Below, in pieces: positions 26,136-38,308 of a DNA stretch of 64,000 nucleotides. The notes under the pieces were generated by a model. It did not search any database. It saw only the letters and a program-made list of their open reading frames with translations, and was not told the DNA's origin. The stretch lies in assembly GCA_964016885.1 (NCBI GenBank), contig OZ024741.1, positions 277,884,001 to 277,948,000 on the forward strand, read 5' to 3'. The position numbers and the translations under genes are program-made. How positions within the stretch are numbered: the first letter of the stretch is position 1; each line of letters starts with the position of its first letter. Source of the stretch: Eledone cirrhosa (taxonomy: Eukaryota).

Positions 26136-29100
26136 GTACAAAGCGAAACCTACAGTCAGTAGGCACCTCTTAATCAAATATACACCCCCATTCCCACCAA
26201 CACCATCTCTGTAAAGTTATGTTGGTACCACAACATCCAGTCCTAAACAAATGAGATCGTGTAGGTGACACGACAAAAAAAACATACAGTCCATGCTGTA
26301 CTGTGGCCGTGTAGGTAACACGGTAAAAACCTCCCAGTCCACACTGTAAACGTGGTTGGTGTTAGGAAGGGCATCCAGCCGTATAAAACATGCCAGACAG
26401 TCCTATACGAGCGAGACACGGTCACCCGACCAATCTTGCCTCAAGTGGGACAATTTCCCTCTAAACCCATGCTAGCGTGGAAGATAGAGGTTAAACGATG
26501 ATGATGATAATATATATATATATACGTATAAATTGATTAAATAAATAAATGTCGTATATATATATATACGACATTTATTTATTTAATCAATTTATACGTC
26601 CGTATAGAGCTAGTAAGCCACGACAGCCTAGGCTTGGGAAAGTATCTAGTACTCCTTACAGTTGAGAAACAACAACAACAAAAATAAGATATACAGAGAT
26701 AAATGAATTTAAAAATAAAAAATTTAAATAAAAAAAAAATGGGACAATTTTTATTTTTTTAAATACACCGCGCGTTCAAATCCCGCCGAGGTTAACTTTG
26801 CCTTTCATCCTTACGGGATCGATAAAATAAAGTACTAGTAATGCACTGGGTAATTGCTGGCCTTGTGCCAATAGTAGAAACAATTAACTTAGTTATTCAA
26901 ATTCCATGCCACTGATCTATTCGAGTTATTTCCCTTAGGTCATTTGATAAATATTCTGTTTTCTGGATGAGGAGCGGGGAGATAAAATAAACCATTAAAT
27001 AAATAAAACAACCCCTCCCACATGGAACAGTTTTAAATACGACAATACCGGTGTGGCCCTATTAGCAGTCGTTTCTTCACCCCTCTTTCTTACACTCTGA
27101 ATTTCTTTGCCTTACAACATCTTTTTCTTGTTTTGTTTTAATTGTATATTATTCCAAGGTAAGCGTATCAAATTTTTAATAATTTCATATACAAACTTAA
27201 TTTTGATTTTTTTAAAAAATATATAATCGTCGCAAACACATAATTAATTATTAGCTTCAGTTATTTATAGCAAGTGCTTCTTTTATACAAATTCAAACGG
27301 ACATTCGTTTTTACTGTTACAGTTTGTAACACCAACGGATACTGTGTATTTATTTATATTCATCATGCGTAAATGTACTGTTTTTAATATTTCTTGAGCC
27401 GTGATGTTATTATACGTCATGTATTTTTAAATATTGCATAAGAGCAATTTAAGGGTGTTCGAAGACAGCTGAGTTAGTTCAAATGAAACTGTATTATAAC
27501 GGGTAGCAACGGCCATCTTGGCAGTGTATGATTTGAAGGAGACTCGGCTACTATTTCTTGTAGGTCGAACAACCTCGTATTTGAGGTTAGTATATACCTT
27601 ACTAATATGTTTATATTCTATTCGTAGTTTATTTATATATATTTATTTATCTTTTAAATTTGCCACGCCTTCTGTTGCCCGCCCTTCTATCGCTTAACAA
27701 TTTTAAACTTATTTCTTTTGTCTAATCCTATTTCTGAGTTCAAATGCCGCCGAGATTAACTTTGCCTTTCATCCTTACGGGGTCGATAAAATAAAGTACC
27801 AGTAATACACTGGTTAATTGCTGGCCTTGTGCCAAAAGTAGAAACAATTATTTCTTTTGTCTAATGGAATATATCAACACCATGTCGGCATCTGTCAAAA
27901 TTAACCATTTTATACCGAAATATCCCTTGGTACTGCAGCACAAAACTATTTGTTTTAAAGAGTTTACATTTTATCCCCCCTCCCCCGAAAAACTTCCATT
28001 ATCATTTTATGCAAGACCCTTTGTTACGTTATGTTCCAAACAACTTAATGGTTTCTAATTTAGGCACAAGGCTAGCAATTTGAGAGGAGGGAAAAGTCGA
28101 TTAGATTAACTTCAGTACTTGACTGGGACTATATTTTACCCACGCAGGGAGAATGAAAGACAAAATAGACCCCAGCTTCATTTGAACTCGGAATGTAACC
28201 CAAAGCAATTTTGTCAGACTCGCTAACGACCCTGCCAACCCACGACTCTGAACAACAATTTAAATCCACTCAAATTCTTGATTATTTTCAAAATTATTCG
28301 AAAATCACAGGCAGGGTCTTACATTAGAAATATGGTAACAAAAAATTTAATAACGAGAAAGTTACTTATATTATTAAAACCACTCATATTCTTCATTATT
28401 TTCAAAATTATTTGAAAATCACAGGCAGTGTTTTTTACATTAGAAATATAACAAAAGGGTCGGGCCTTTATATTTTATCCTGCTTTCCTTGCAGATTCTA
28501 TTGTCTTCAATATGACAGGCGACCGTTGTTGACACTTAACACCAATTCCCCTATTGCGTACTAATAACTGTTCAAACACTTATGTTTTTTCTTACCTTTT
28601 TATTTTTAATCACAAAGTGATGTCAAAAATATAGCAGCCGACATGTGTGCTTGCGTGGGAAAGAAAATCTTTTTGATCTGGGTTAATTCCCAATCAACCT
28701 GCAACTAGTGAGTGGGATTTCGTTGATAGAAATTGTGCAGAAACTGGTCGTGTATACTTGTGTATACACACACACACACAGCCTAACGTAATTTAAAATT
28801 GAGCAAATCCATTCTATCGTAGACTTAGATCAAAGTTTTGCGATTGAAATTTGGTAGAGAGAAACCGTGGAAGCCCACTTGTGAGACTCCTCTTGAGCTA
28901 ATTTAGCATGACCATTTACCTGTTGGGTACCTAAGCATTTGAGTCATATCTCCAGTCCTAGGCTAGCTTCCTCCCACCTGTTATGGGAGATCTTATATTG
29001 TAGCTGCTGCCCTTCCTTGACTCATCATCTTCGTTTAACGTCTATCATCCTCGCTACTAACTAGGTTTCGCTTTGTACATACTATTTATTTTAATTAATT

Positions 29101-29566
29101 TAAACGTCCGTACAGAGCTAATAAGCCATGACTGACTATGTATAGTATCTAGTACTTCTTACAGTTTGAAATAGAATAGATGGAGATAAGTGAATTTAAA
29201 AATAAAAATATTTTTTTCTTATAACCATACATGCATGGTTCTGTAACTTCCGAGGGAGTCATAGGGGCAGTGTTTTGACATATGGTATTTCTAGGGCATT
29301 TTAAAACTTGACGGAGCCCAATCCTTTTCAAGTCTGAATACAGCAGATTTCTTCCAAAGGATAGAGAGTGAAAGAAGTGAGAAAGATAGAGGAAGAATCG
29401 ACCCCCATACTTGATTGGTACAGAAATGGTGAGATCTGATTTCAAAACACTGAACCATACAAAGACGAAGGATTGCAGCAGGTGAAGGGAAGCTGGGTTC
29501 GATCAGTGGACATAAGAATAATGATGATGATGATTGCTCCTTTTTCTTTCTATCTGTTAATTTTAA

Positions 29567-29766
29567 CCCTTTAGCATTTAAACCGGCCTTATCCGGCCAG
29601 AATTCTCTCACCTCTTTCTGTCCAAACCGGACATAACTGGCCACTCATACTGACATAAAGGTATTGTTCTCAAAATAAATATCGTCATCAAAATATCATA
29701 GATTCCATATTATGTGAAATAAAGTCTTTACCATCAAAATATAATAGTAATGTACATGCTAAAGAG
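29567..29766 (+). mobile_element. piggyBac-like MITE (~200 bp)
   Basis: TTAA on both sides (29563-66, 29767-70) and TIRs CCCTTTAGCA / TGCTAAAGAG; inverted relative at 42693-42900, also TTAA-flanked, and a partial copy at ~13080-13197. Confidence 0.7.
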
Positions 29767-29899
29767 TTAATTTATATTTGTTTCTTGTATTTCAAGAATT
29801 AAAGATCTTTTTTTTTTTTTTTTAATCTTAAATCACTGAAGATATTGAAATGAATGATTCTATAGTTCGATATTTCTATTGTTCTTTAGGTGAAAACAA

Positions 29900-30403
29900 A
29901 TGGCAGAAGACAAAATTGTTGTACCTTCAAATGGTGCTGATGAAGCAGAAGAGTGCAATAAATATTCAAAGGATGATGAAAGTTCAGTGAAAGTCTGTGA
30001 TAATTGTCGACTGGTGTCAACAGCATCATCTTCTGATGTTGTAAATTCTCAGTTGGAAGCCGAAGTATTGCAGTCATATAAACAGAAGTCATGGTACCAG
30101 AAATTTGTAATTGTGCTTGATAGTGATGACGACAACGATGATGAGGATAATGATAAGGATGGTAATGATGATGAGGATGGTAATGATGAGCATGATGGTG
30201 GTAACGATAAAGAATGTAGTGACTGCGATAGTGGTTATAATGAATGTGATGAGGAAAATAGTAAAAACTCCAGCAAGAGTAAACCAGATTCTCTCCCATC
30301 TCTAACTGACCCCAAAGAACTTGAAGCTTTGGAAGAATTGTTCAAGAATACGGACTGGATGGGTTCTGGATTAAAACAATCTTGTGAAGAAGAAAAAAAA
30401 TAA
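29900..30403 (+). CDS. Uncharacterised acidic, Cys-containing 167-aa protein (possible lineage-specific gene)
   Basis: Uninterrupted ORF with AAAATGG start context, directly preceded by a TTCTTTAG acceptor (29889); a candidate upstream non-coding exon ends at the CAAG|GTAAGC donor (27158/27159). No family recognised. Confidence 0.6.
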   Translation: MAEDKIVVPSNGADEAEECNKYSKDDESSVKVCDNCRLVSTASSSDVVNSQLEAEVLQSYKQKSWYQKFVIVLDSDDDNDDEDNDKDGNDDEDGNDEHDGGNDKECSDCDSGYNECDEENSKNSSKSKPDSLPSLTDPKELEALEELFKNTDWMGSGLKQSCEEEKK

Positions 30404-32648
30404 ATTTCATTGGGGTGGGGTTGGGGATCATATCATATTCAGTTCATTCACTATGGCTTCAACTGTATATTCTATCAAGAACTCATCTCCATTTATTCAT
30501 CAACCTCAGAGAGAAAAGGATATCCCTGCACACACCCCCTTGTATCTATTATACCTGATATGATTTGAAGAGATATCTTTCGACCTCGTGAGGATCTGCT
30601 AAAATTTCGATATTCTATAATGAAGATATTTTCATTATTTATTCCAAAAAAATGTATATAATTTTAATTTTAAGCAATGTCTACTACTACTAATGAAAGA
30701 TATCTAACAGAATTTAGATTTTGAAGTATACAATAGTTTCTACGATATATTATTGAACTGTCTAAATAACATGTTTTTCTCAACAAAAACAAATTGTGCA
30801 TATGTGAAACTCACATTTTAATTATTTTTTAAAATAAATTCAAAATGTATATCATGGTTTATAGAATTTAAGATTTGTTATTGTATTTTGGAGGCAGTGA
30901 ATTGGCAGCCGTTAGAACGTCAGATAGAATACTTTGTGCTATCTGTCTTGGCTCTCTGCTCTCCGAGTTCAAATCCTGCCAAGGTCAACTTTGCCTTTCA
31001 TCCTTTCGAGGTCGTTAAATAAAAATACCAGTCCAGTACTGGGGTCGATTCTTCCTCTGTATCTCTTTCTCATTTCCTCTCTCACTTTCTTTCTTTGGAA
31101 GAAATCTTCTGTGCTCAGGCCTAGAGAGGGATGGGCACCACCAGACTTAAAATGCCCAAGAAATGCCATGTCAATATGGCGCCCCTATGAATATCCATTC
31201 AAGGTTGGTAAAAAAAGTATCAGTAATGCACTGGAGTTGATTTAGTTGACTTTCCCCTTCCCTACAAATTGCTGGCTTTGTGCCAAAAGTAGAAACAAAT
31301 ATTTAGTTATGACTTTAGATGTTCTGAGTCCAAATCCTGCTGAAATCATTCATCCTTCCAGGGTTGATGAAATAAAGTTCCAGTAAAGGATGGATTTATT
31401 ATAATCATCTTTCTCTTCCCCTGAAATTGCTGGCCTTGTGCTTAAATTTGAAATTATTAATTTAAAAAAATAAACGTAGATTGGCAGAATTGGTACAAAA
31501 TGCTTTGCAGTATTTACATCCATTTGTTCTGAGTTCAAATCCTGCAATGGTTGGCATTGCGTTTCGTCTTTTTTATGTTGGATAAAATAAGGCACACATC
31601 AAGTACTGGAATTGGTATAATCAACTACAGTGGTCCACACAACGTAGAAGCCTTGTGCTTGTATTGAGCACCATGTGTGACACAAATTTAGTCGGTCATT
31701 CCAGTAGCTGACACCATATATGTGAGGACCAGATATTAAAGATCTGACTTTATTCTACTACACACTTTCAACTGTCTACCTACCTGTTTATATCATTCTA
31801 GGAGGGATTCTTCTGCAACTGTATTACAAATAAGTTCACCTCATGGCAGAATACATGGCTAAGCCAACAGAGGAGCTTTTTGAGATGGAGTTGTTGCAAA
31901 CCAACAAACAATCCAGTAGTGATAACATTTGGAATTTGACACAATCTAATGTACAATCACAGAGAATTCAATGAAGGCAAAAATGGCCAAATATTTTCAG
32001 CTTGTATATAAATCCATTGCTCTCATTAGCCATGGGCCATATCTTGCAACCATACAGGAGGATGGTGTGGAATTTTGTGATACTTCAACAGCTTGTGATC
32101 TTCAGCTTGTCAGGCAATGAAACCTGGGTCTCTCAAAAAGTTAATCTTTTGTAAATCTAGGAACAAATAACAAAAAAAAAACTAAAACAAGAAGCCTTAT
32201 TGGGTTTTTTATGGTGTATAATTTTTATATTTCAGGTATTACAGTTATATATAGCATTAACAATTTCTTTTAAAAGAATAAACTACAGTTTAGATACAAA
32301 ATATAGAATTTCCCATGGAAGAAAGCTATTGACCATGAGTTATTGTTGTTATATTATTTTGTATTGCTTTAAAGGCAGTAGAATGGCAGAATCGGTTGAG
32401 TGTCGGACAACATGCTTTGTGGCATCTAGTTACGGCCCTTTATATTCTGAGTTGAAATCTCGCCAAGGTTAGCTTTGCATTTCATCCTTATGGGGTTGAT
32501 CAAATAAAGCACCAGTAATGCACTGGGGTTAATTTAATCGAATTTCCCCTCTCCCCAAATTGCTGATCTTGTGCCTATAGTCGAAATCATTAATTTATTT
32601 TGTTTTTGATGATTTATTGTTGTTTTTGTTTTATATTGCTTTGATATC

Positions 32649-32687
32649 TCAAAGATATTCCTCTGGGGTACATTTGAAAAACTGCAA
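32649..32687 (-). CDS. Pif-like ChtBD2/LamG protein, exon 8 (terminal)
   Basis: TTTTTTTGTTTAG acceptor; LQFFKCTPEEYL*, completing the LamG-type 'F.G.IDD/EL..Y.C' ending. Confidence 0.8.
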   Translation of the reverse strand: MQFFKCTPEEYL

Positions 32688-33347
32688 CTAAACAAAAAAA
32701 AAATATGAAAGGTAAAAATATAATTATTACAATTTATGTAAATCTAAAACAGGAATTTCGTAAATGTGGAAGTTCCAAACACAAAATATCTGTAATATGA
32801 GTCAATCACTATAGATAATAGTTGAGAAACTTACCTTTATGGGTGGAAAAAAGTGAACAGAGTGCCTCTGTTCAGCTTTTCTTTTTTGTTTCATTCAATT
32901 TTCTCAACTATTATTTATAGTAGTTGAATGTTATTACATATATTTTCTGGGTTTGGGAGTCTCACATCAAGCTGTACAGTTGTTACATTGACAACTGTTT
33001 TGATGCCACATTTCTCACCCAAGCCCAGCTTGACCCCATTTTGTCCTTTCTTTGCTCCTTCCACCCCACCCTCAAGTTCACCACCTGTTAACTTCCTGGA
33101 CATCTCCAATCACTCCCTCATCACCTCCGCCTACTTCAAGCCCTCGAACTCCCATTAATATACAAAATATCAACTCACTGCACCGTAACTGCTCAATGTA
33201 AATTTGGCACGAAAATATCAAGCACACACATACAGATAATGTTATGTTACATAATTTTCAATATCTTGCAAATAAATAACTTAGAACCAAGCATAACATT
33301 AAAAATATTACTAACATTACATGAGCAATATATAGTTATAATACAGT

Positions 33348-33441
33348 CCGAGACAACATTGTTTCAGGTCTTCAGACAGCAATAATTACCATAATTAAGT
33401 GGACAATTAGTAATGTAAAGAGGTCCACCCTCATCAGTAGG
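33348..33441 (-). ncRNA. Hammerhead ribozyme-like motif with an extended stem II
   Basis: Minus strand: CCTA-CTGATGA-GGGT…(~60 nt)…ACCT-GAAACAATGTTGTC-TCGG; GUC cleavage triplet, stem III ACAA/TTGT, stem I with one mismatch. Confidence 0.45.
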
Positions 33442-34061
33442 TTATCTTTTTAGATATTAACTGTCCATAATTAAGTTTGAGTCTAGACAAAAACTCACTT
33501 GTGTTGTTATGGTGGCTGTGATAGGCAGGGAGGAATGCTAAAAATAGCTCACTCACAAGCCATAAAGCAACTCTACTGATATATTGAAAAATTGAATGCA
33601 TATAAAGTGTTTTGCTCAAGGAAACAACACATCACCCAGTTCAATTCTCGGGCTGGGTGATGTGTTATTTCCTTGAGCAAGACACTTTATTTCACATTGC
33701 TCCAGTTTACTCAACTGTAGAAATGAGATGATAGGACTGGAGTCCCTATCATTGCACTGCAAAGTGGACGTGTTGGTGCCACGGAAAAAAAAGCACCCAG
33801 CACTCACTGTAAATGAGGTTGGTGTTAGGAAGGGCATCCAGCTGTAGAAATCAAGCCAGAATCAGTTCCCGTATGAGCAAGACAAGGTCAGCTGACCAGT
33901 CACTGCCCACAACAGGACAACCCATGCTAGCGTGGAAGGACGGACGTAAAAACGGTGATGATGATATATATATATATATGTATATATAATGTTGATTGAA
34001 AAAAATTAGTTTTGAAAAAGCAAGTATATGTGAAAGTAAAGCTGATTTAATTGGAACTTAC

Positions 34062-34141
34062 ATCGTCAATAAATCCAATGAAGGGATCCAGATTTGTCCC
34101 TCTTCCAATAGTTAAAGAGCAATCCAGTCTCTTAATATCAG
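34062..34141 (-). CDS. Pif-like ChtBD2/LamG protein, exon 7
   Basis: AATGCAG acceptor, GTAAGT donor; (A)DIKRLDCSLTIGRGTNLDPFIGFIDD, the LamG3 'L.IG…F.G.IDD' motif. Confidence 0.85.
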
Positions 34142-34640
34142 CTGCATTGAAAGAAAATCAAAAAGAAAAATAATCCCAAATGTAAAATGTTTACAAATAT
34201 GACTGAAAAGTAGAGCAACAGTTACCTGCCCTTCCTCCCAAATAAAATATTTTCAACTTGCAGTTGGGTCAGTTGACACTTTTTGCTGAAACTTTTTGCT
34301 CTGACTAAACTGAGAAAATTACGAAGCCTAAATTTTCTAATACACACACCACACTCACTAATGCCAAATCATGTGATTGGTCATAACACCATACAACCCT
34401 CTCCACCACTTTGGATATTTCCACAACATTGCTATGTAGTATATTACAGGGTATGCTGGGTGTGTTTTTCATGTCTCCAGATCGGGGGCGTTTTTTATGA
34501 CACCAGATCTCCCACATTACTGAGTGGACTGCATGCATTTTATCATGGTACCAACACTAATGCAGGGTGTACTGGGTGCCTTTTATTGTGGCACAAGCAC
34601 TAGATATTTATCTAAAAGACTTCCATTATAATTTTATGTA

Positions 34641-35482
34641 AGAACCTTTGTTCAAATGTTTCAAACACCATCGTAGTAACGAGAAAGTTAATCAAATTAC
34701 TAAATTTCAACAAATTCTTGATTATTTTCAAAAGGATTGGAAAATCATAGGTAGTATTTTCATTAGAAATATGGTAATGAAAGGGTTAAGCATAATTGGT
34801 AACTATCTATTATACTTGTGGCTTAGTGGTTAGAGAATTCGATTCACAATCGTGAAGTTGTGAGTTCAATTCCTGGACCAGGTGATGTGTTATGTCCTTG
34901 AGAAAGACACTTTATTTCATGTTGTTCTTTCTACCATGAGTTGTGACCAGTAGATAGTATCAGCAATGGAAAGACCAACAGAAATATTGTTTCCTTGGTC
35001 TGACCTGACGTGTTCCACCCCATTCAGTAAGAGGAGGTATAGGAACTTGTCGATTGATTCAATTGATCTATTATTGCTATAGTAATTTTGTATTACTGAA
35101 TGGGGTGGAACACGTCAGGTCAGACCAAGGAAACAATATTTCTGTTGGTCTTTCCATTGCTGATACTATCTACTGGTCACAACTCATGGTAGAAAGAACA
35201 ACATGAAATAAAGTGTCTTTCTCAAGGACATAACACATCACCTGGTCCAGGAATTGAACTCACAACTTCACAATTGTGAATCGAATTCTCTAACCACTAA
35301 GCCACAAGTATAATAGATAGTTACCAATTATGCTTAACCCTTTCATTACCATATTTCTAATGAAAATACTACCTATGATTTTCCAATCCTTTTGAAAATA
35401 ATTAAGAATTTGTTGAAATTTAGTAATTTGATTAACTTTCTCGTTACTACGATGGTGTTTGAAACATTTGAACAAAGGTTCT
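34641..35482. repeat. Long inverted repeat: 390-bp arms (34641-35030, 35093-35482), 62-bp spacer
   Basis: The arms are reverse complements with only two mismatches that I could find; the mirror-image ORFs at 34648 (+) and 35290-35502 (-) reflect this. Confidence 0.95.
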
Positions 35483-36004
35483 GAATGAAATTTATCAGTC
35501 ATTCCTACCCTACCGTATCTATCATTATAGTTATTGTTATTGTTTAGCCCTTGGTCAGGCCTGACTTAACAGACCTATGATCACAGGCATTTCAGCCATG
35601 ACTGTCCTGTGTTCTCTTAAGCATTGTGTATCTAGATAAGTCACAGGCAAACTGTGTATGCAGCCTGCTTGGCTTTCTGAATAGCATGATTAATTTCAAA
35701 ATTGCCTCAAATTTTTTAGTAGTGCGGCTCATCTTATGCTGCCGACAGCTCAATAAATTTTGTCGATGCCTGATATAGAGCTACATTATCCAATGTGTCT
35801 ATTCCTTTTCAAAACAATAGTGGCTGATTTAAGGGTTATTTGGCAGCTAATTTTAGCAGGTCAAGCAACAAACTACATAGAAGTTCCATAGTTGGATTCA
35901 ATTTGTCATACCTATTTATAATTATGAGACTAGAGCTATTTTCTTATGTATTTTCAGATATACTATTGGCTTGTTTATATGTATTCTGATAAGTTCTTAT
36001 CTGG

Positions 36005-37276
36005 CCCTCGCAATTTGGATTTATCCCTAATGCCAGCTGCTGCGATCTACTTATCAAGTTTCTTGAAGACATCACCCGGATCACTGATGGTGGCTCATGG
36101 GTGGATGTTGCTTACCTTGACTTTGCTAAAGCTTTTAATTCTGTGCCACACAAAAGACTTATGGCAAAATTCTCTGCAATGGGTGTGAAGGATGATCTTT
36201 TTTAACTGGTTGAAGTCCTTCATTCTCAGTCGAAGAGAGGTAGTCACGGTTCTAGGACAGCATTCCTCACTGTATGAGATGTCATCTGGTGTACCACAGG
36301 GATCTGTTCTTGGTCCACTTTTGTTTGTGGCATATATTAATGACATAGATGCCAACTTAAAGAATGCCACAGTACTGAAATATGCAGATGACATCAAGCT
36401 GTACCTTGAGATAAAAAGGACAGATCCTGAACACTATAGATCTTTCCTGCAATTAGACCTGGAGACAATGCAGCAATGGATCACGGACTGGCAACTCAAG
36501 TTGGCTGTGGACAAGTGTACCACCATGCAAATTGGGAGGAAAAACACAGCTTCCACATACTCCCTTCACAACACTAATATCAAGAAGTCTTCTTGTGAAC
36601 GTGTCCTGGACATTACTGTCAGTAGTGATTTGCGTTGGACAAAGCACATCTCTAAAATTGTCAAGAAGACCAATGGTGTCTTAGCATCACTCAGCAAGAC
36701 CTTTGTCAGCCACTCTCCAGCTATCTATTTAAAGCTGTATATAGCTATGGTGCGGCCACACTTAGAATTTGCATCACCAGTCTGGAACCCCTATCTTGCT
36801 CAGAATATTGACCTCCTGGAAACTGTTCTAGCGAATACCCTCCATCAGGCATTTACCATACTCTGAATGCCTTGCTTCCCTGGGCATGGATACATCTTGC
36901 CAACAACCCTCAGCCCCTTTTTTATTTCCATGTGTCTAACACACGTGGGCATGCCCACAAAGTCAGAAAATAGTACAGCTCCCATCACTTTTGGAAACAT
37001 TTTTTCACGCTCAAAGTTGCTGAAGCATGGAACAAACTAGCTGCATCAGTTGTTAGCTGCTGAGACACTGCATCCTTTAAAATCTCCATGCTTCCTGAAA
37101 TTCGCCAACATGATACCTGATATCCCCCCTCCATACACACGCACACATGTATATCATGACTCATACACTGTTCATTTTTCTGACATTTGTACATTATTCT
37201 ATGTACTATACATGCACCTTTGATGATTTGTAGTGCACCCGAGCACTGTTCACAATAATTTCATTATTATTATTAT
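36005..37276 (+). mobile_element. 5'-truncated CR1-clade LINE (RT and 3' end)
   Basis: YLDFAKAFNSVPH, SGVPQGSVLGPLLFVAYINDI, KYADDIKLY, VRPHLEFASPVWNP; ends with an (ATT)n tail; antisense inside an intron of the Pif-like gene. Confidence 0.88.
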
Positions 37277-37295
37277 ATGTAGAATCTGTACTTAC

Positions 37296-37389
37296 CGTTT
37301 CCTATTTTGGAAGTTCTTATGCCATCAACCCACATTTCCACACGATAGCCGGTTTTCAAAAGAGTCACACTGTGCCATTGATCAGGTTC
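37296..37389 (-). CDS. Pif-like ChtBD2/LamG protein, exon 6
   Basis: TTACAG acceptor, GTAAGT donor; EPDQWHSVTLLKTGYRVEMWVDGIRTSKIGN, the laminin-G 'WH.V…L.VDG' motif. Confidence 0.88.
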
Positions 37390-37470
37390 CTGTAATATTA
37401 ATATGAAACATCGATAAGTTGACTTTCAGTAATCTTATTTGTATTAAAAAGGATTTCTGTACATTTTCCA

Positions 37471-37501
<31 letters not shown>

Positions 37502-37579
37502 TGTAAAATTGCATATATATATACTTGCAGTGTAAGCTATGTCATCAAAAGCAGATTGGATCTTAAAACTGGCTTGGGT

Positions 37580-37803
37580 GACACTACTAACAGACTGCTG
37601 AGGGCCAGAGGTGTGTTTTTACTGTTCAGCTAAGGTGATACTGACTAACAGACTGCTGAAGGCCAGAGGTGTGTTTTTACTGTTCAGCTAAGGTGACAAT
37701 GACCAACAGACTGCTGAGGGCCAGAGGTATGTTTTCACTGCTCAGCTAAGGCGACACTGACTAACAGACTACTGAGGGCTAGAGATGTGTTTTAAATATT
37801 CAG
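37580..37803. repeat. Tandem repeat, ~57-bp unit x4
   Basis: GACACTGACTAACAGACTGCTGAGGGCCAGAGGTGTGTTTTTACTGTTCAGCTAAGGT repeated with few substitutions. Confidence 0.9.
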
Positions 37804-38199
37804 TAAAGCATGCTCTAATTTTGTTTCAAACTTTGTGCAATAGCTGACTTTAGTTCTTTGTGACATTTTTCAGCTGTGTGTGCTTTGTTTTTGTTAATCC
37901 AGTTCAGTGTCCCAGCAGGCATTGCTCAAATACCTGTATGGTCAACCTACCTCTGTATGGCATACATGCAAGCTTACATAAACAACATTGTTAGCTACTT
38001 AACTAAATTATAAGTAAACCCAAGCCCTAACCCAAACTCAAACTTGAACCCAGGCCTACATGCCGGCTTACATAAATAACCATAAAATATACATACTGTT
38101 TCAGGAGCAGGCACACAGAAGGAGTTCCTATGTATGGTGAATTAATCGTGAGGCTTATGACTTTTTCAAACACTGCCAATTTCTTAACTAGATTATAAG

Positions 38200-38308
38200 T
38201 AAACCCAAACTCCAACCCAAACCTTAACCCAAACCCAAACCCTAACCTAACCCAAACCCTAACCCAAACTCAAACCAATACCCTAACCCTCACACATAAC
38301 CAAACCCA
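38200..38308. repeat. Degenerate telomere-like (AACCCT/AACCCA)n tract
   Basis: aaacccaaac…cctaacctaacccaaaccctaaccc; a shorter related tract lies at ~38015-38052. Confidence 0.65.

Noticed and set aside
31640-32140. Possibly decayed coding-like sequence
   Set aside because: No recognisable motif or sustained frame, so no call can be supported.
32836-33160. Possible extra exon of the Pif-like gene (minus-strand GTAAGT donor near 32835; ORF 32915-33109)
   Set aside because: Exon 7 joins exon 8 in frame and completes the LamG motif; this segment has stops before the donor and no matching motifs.
34800-34900. tRNA-like A/B boxes (GTGGCTTAGTGGTTAGA…GAGTTCAATTCC)
   Set aside because: Runs directly into SINE body sequence and lacks a complete cloverleaf; a SINE head, not a tRNA gene.
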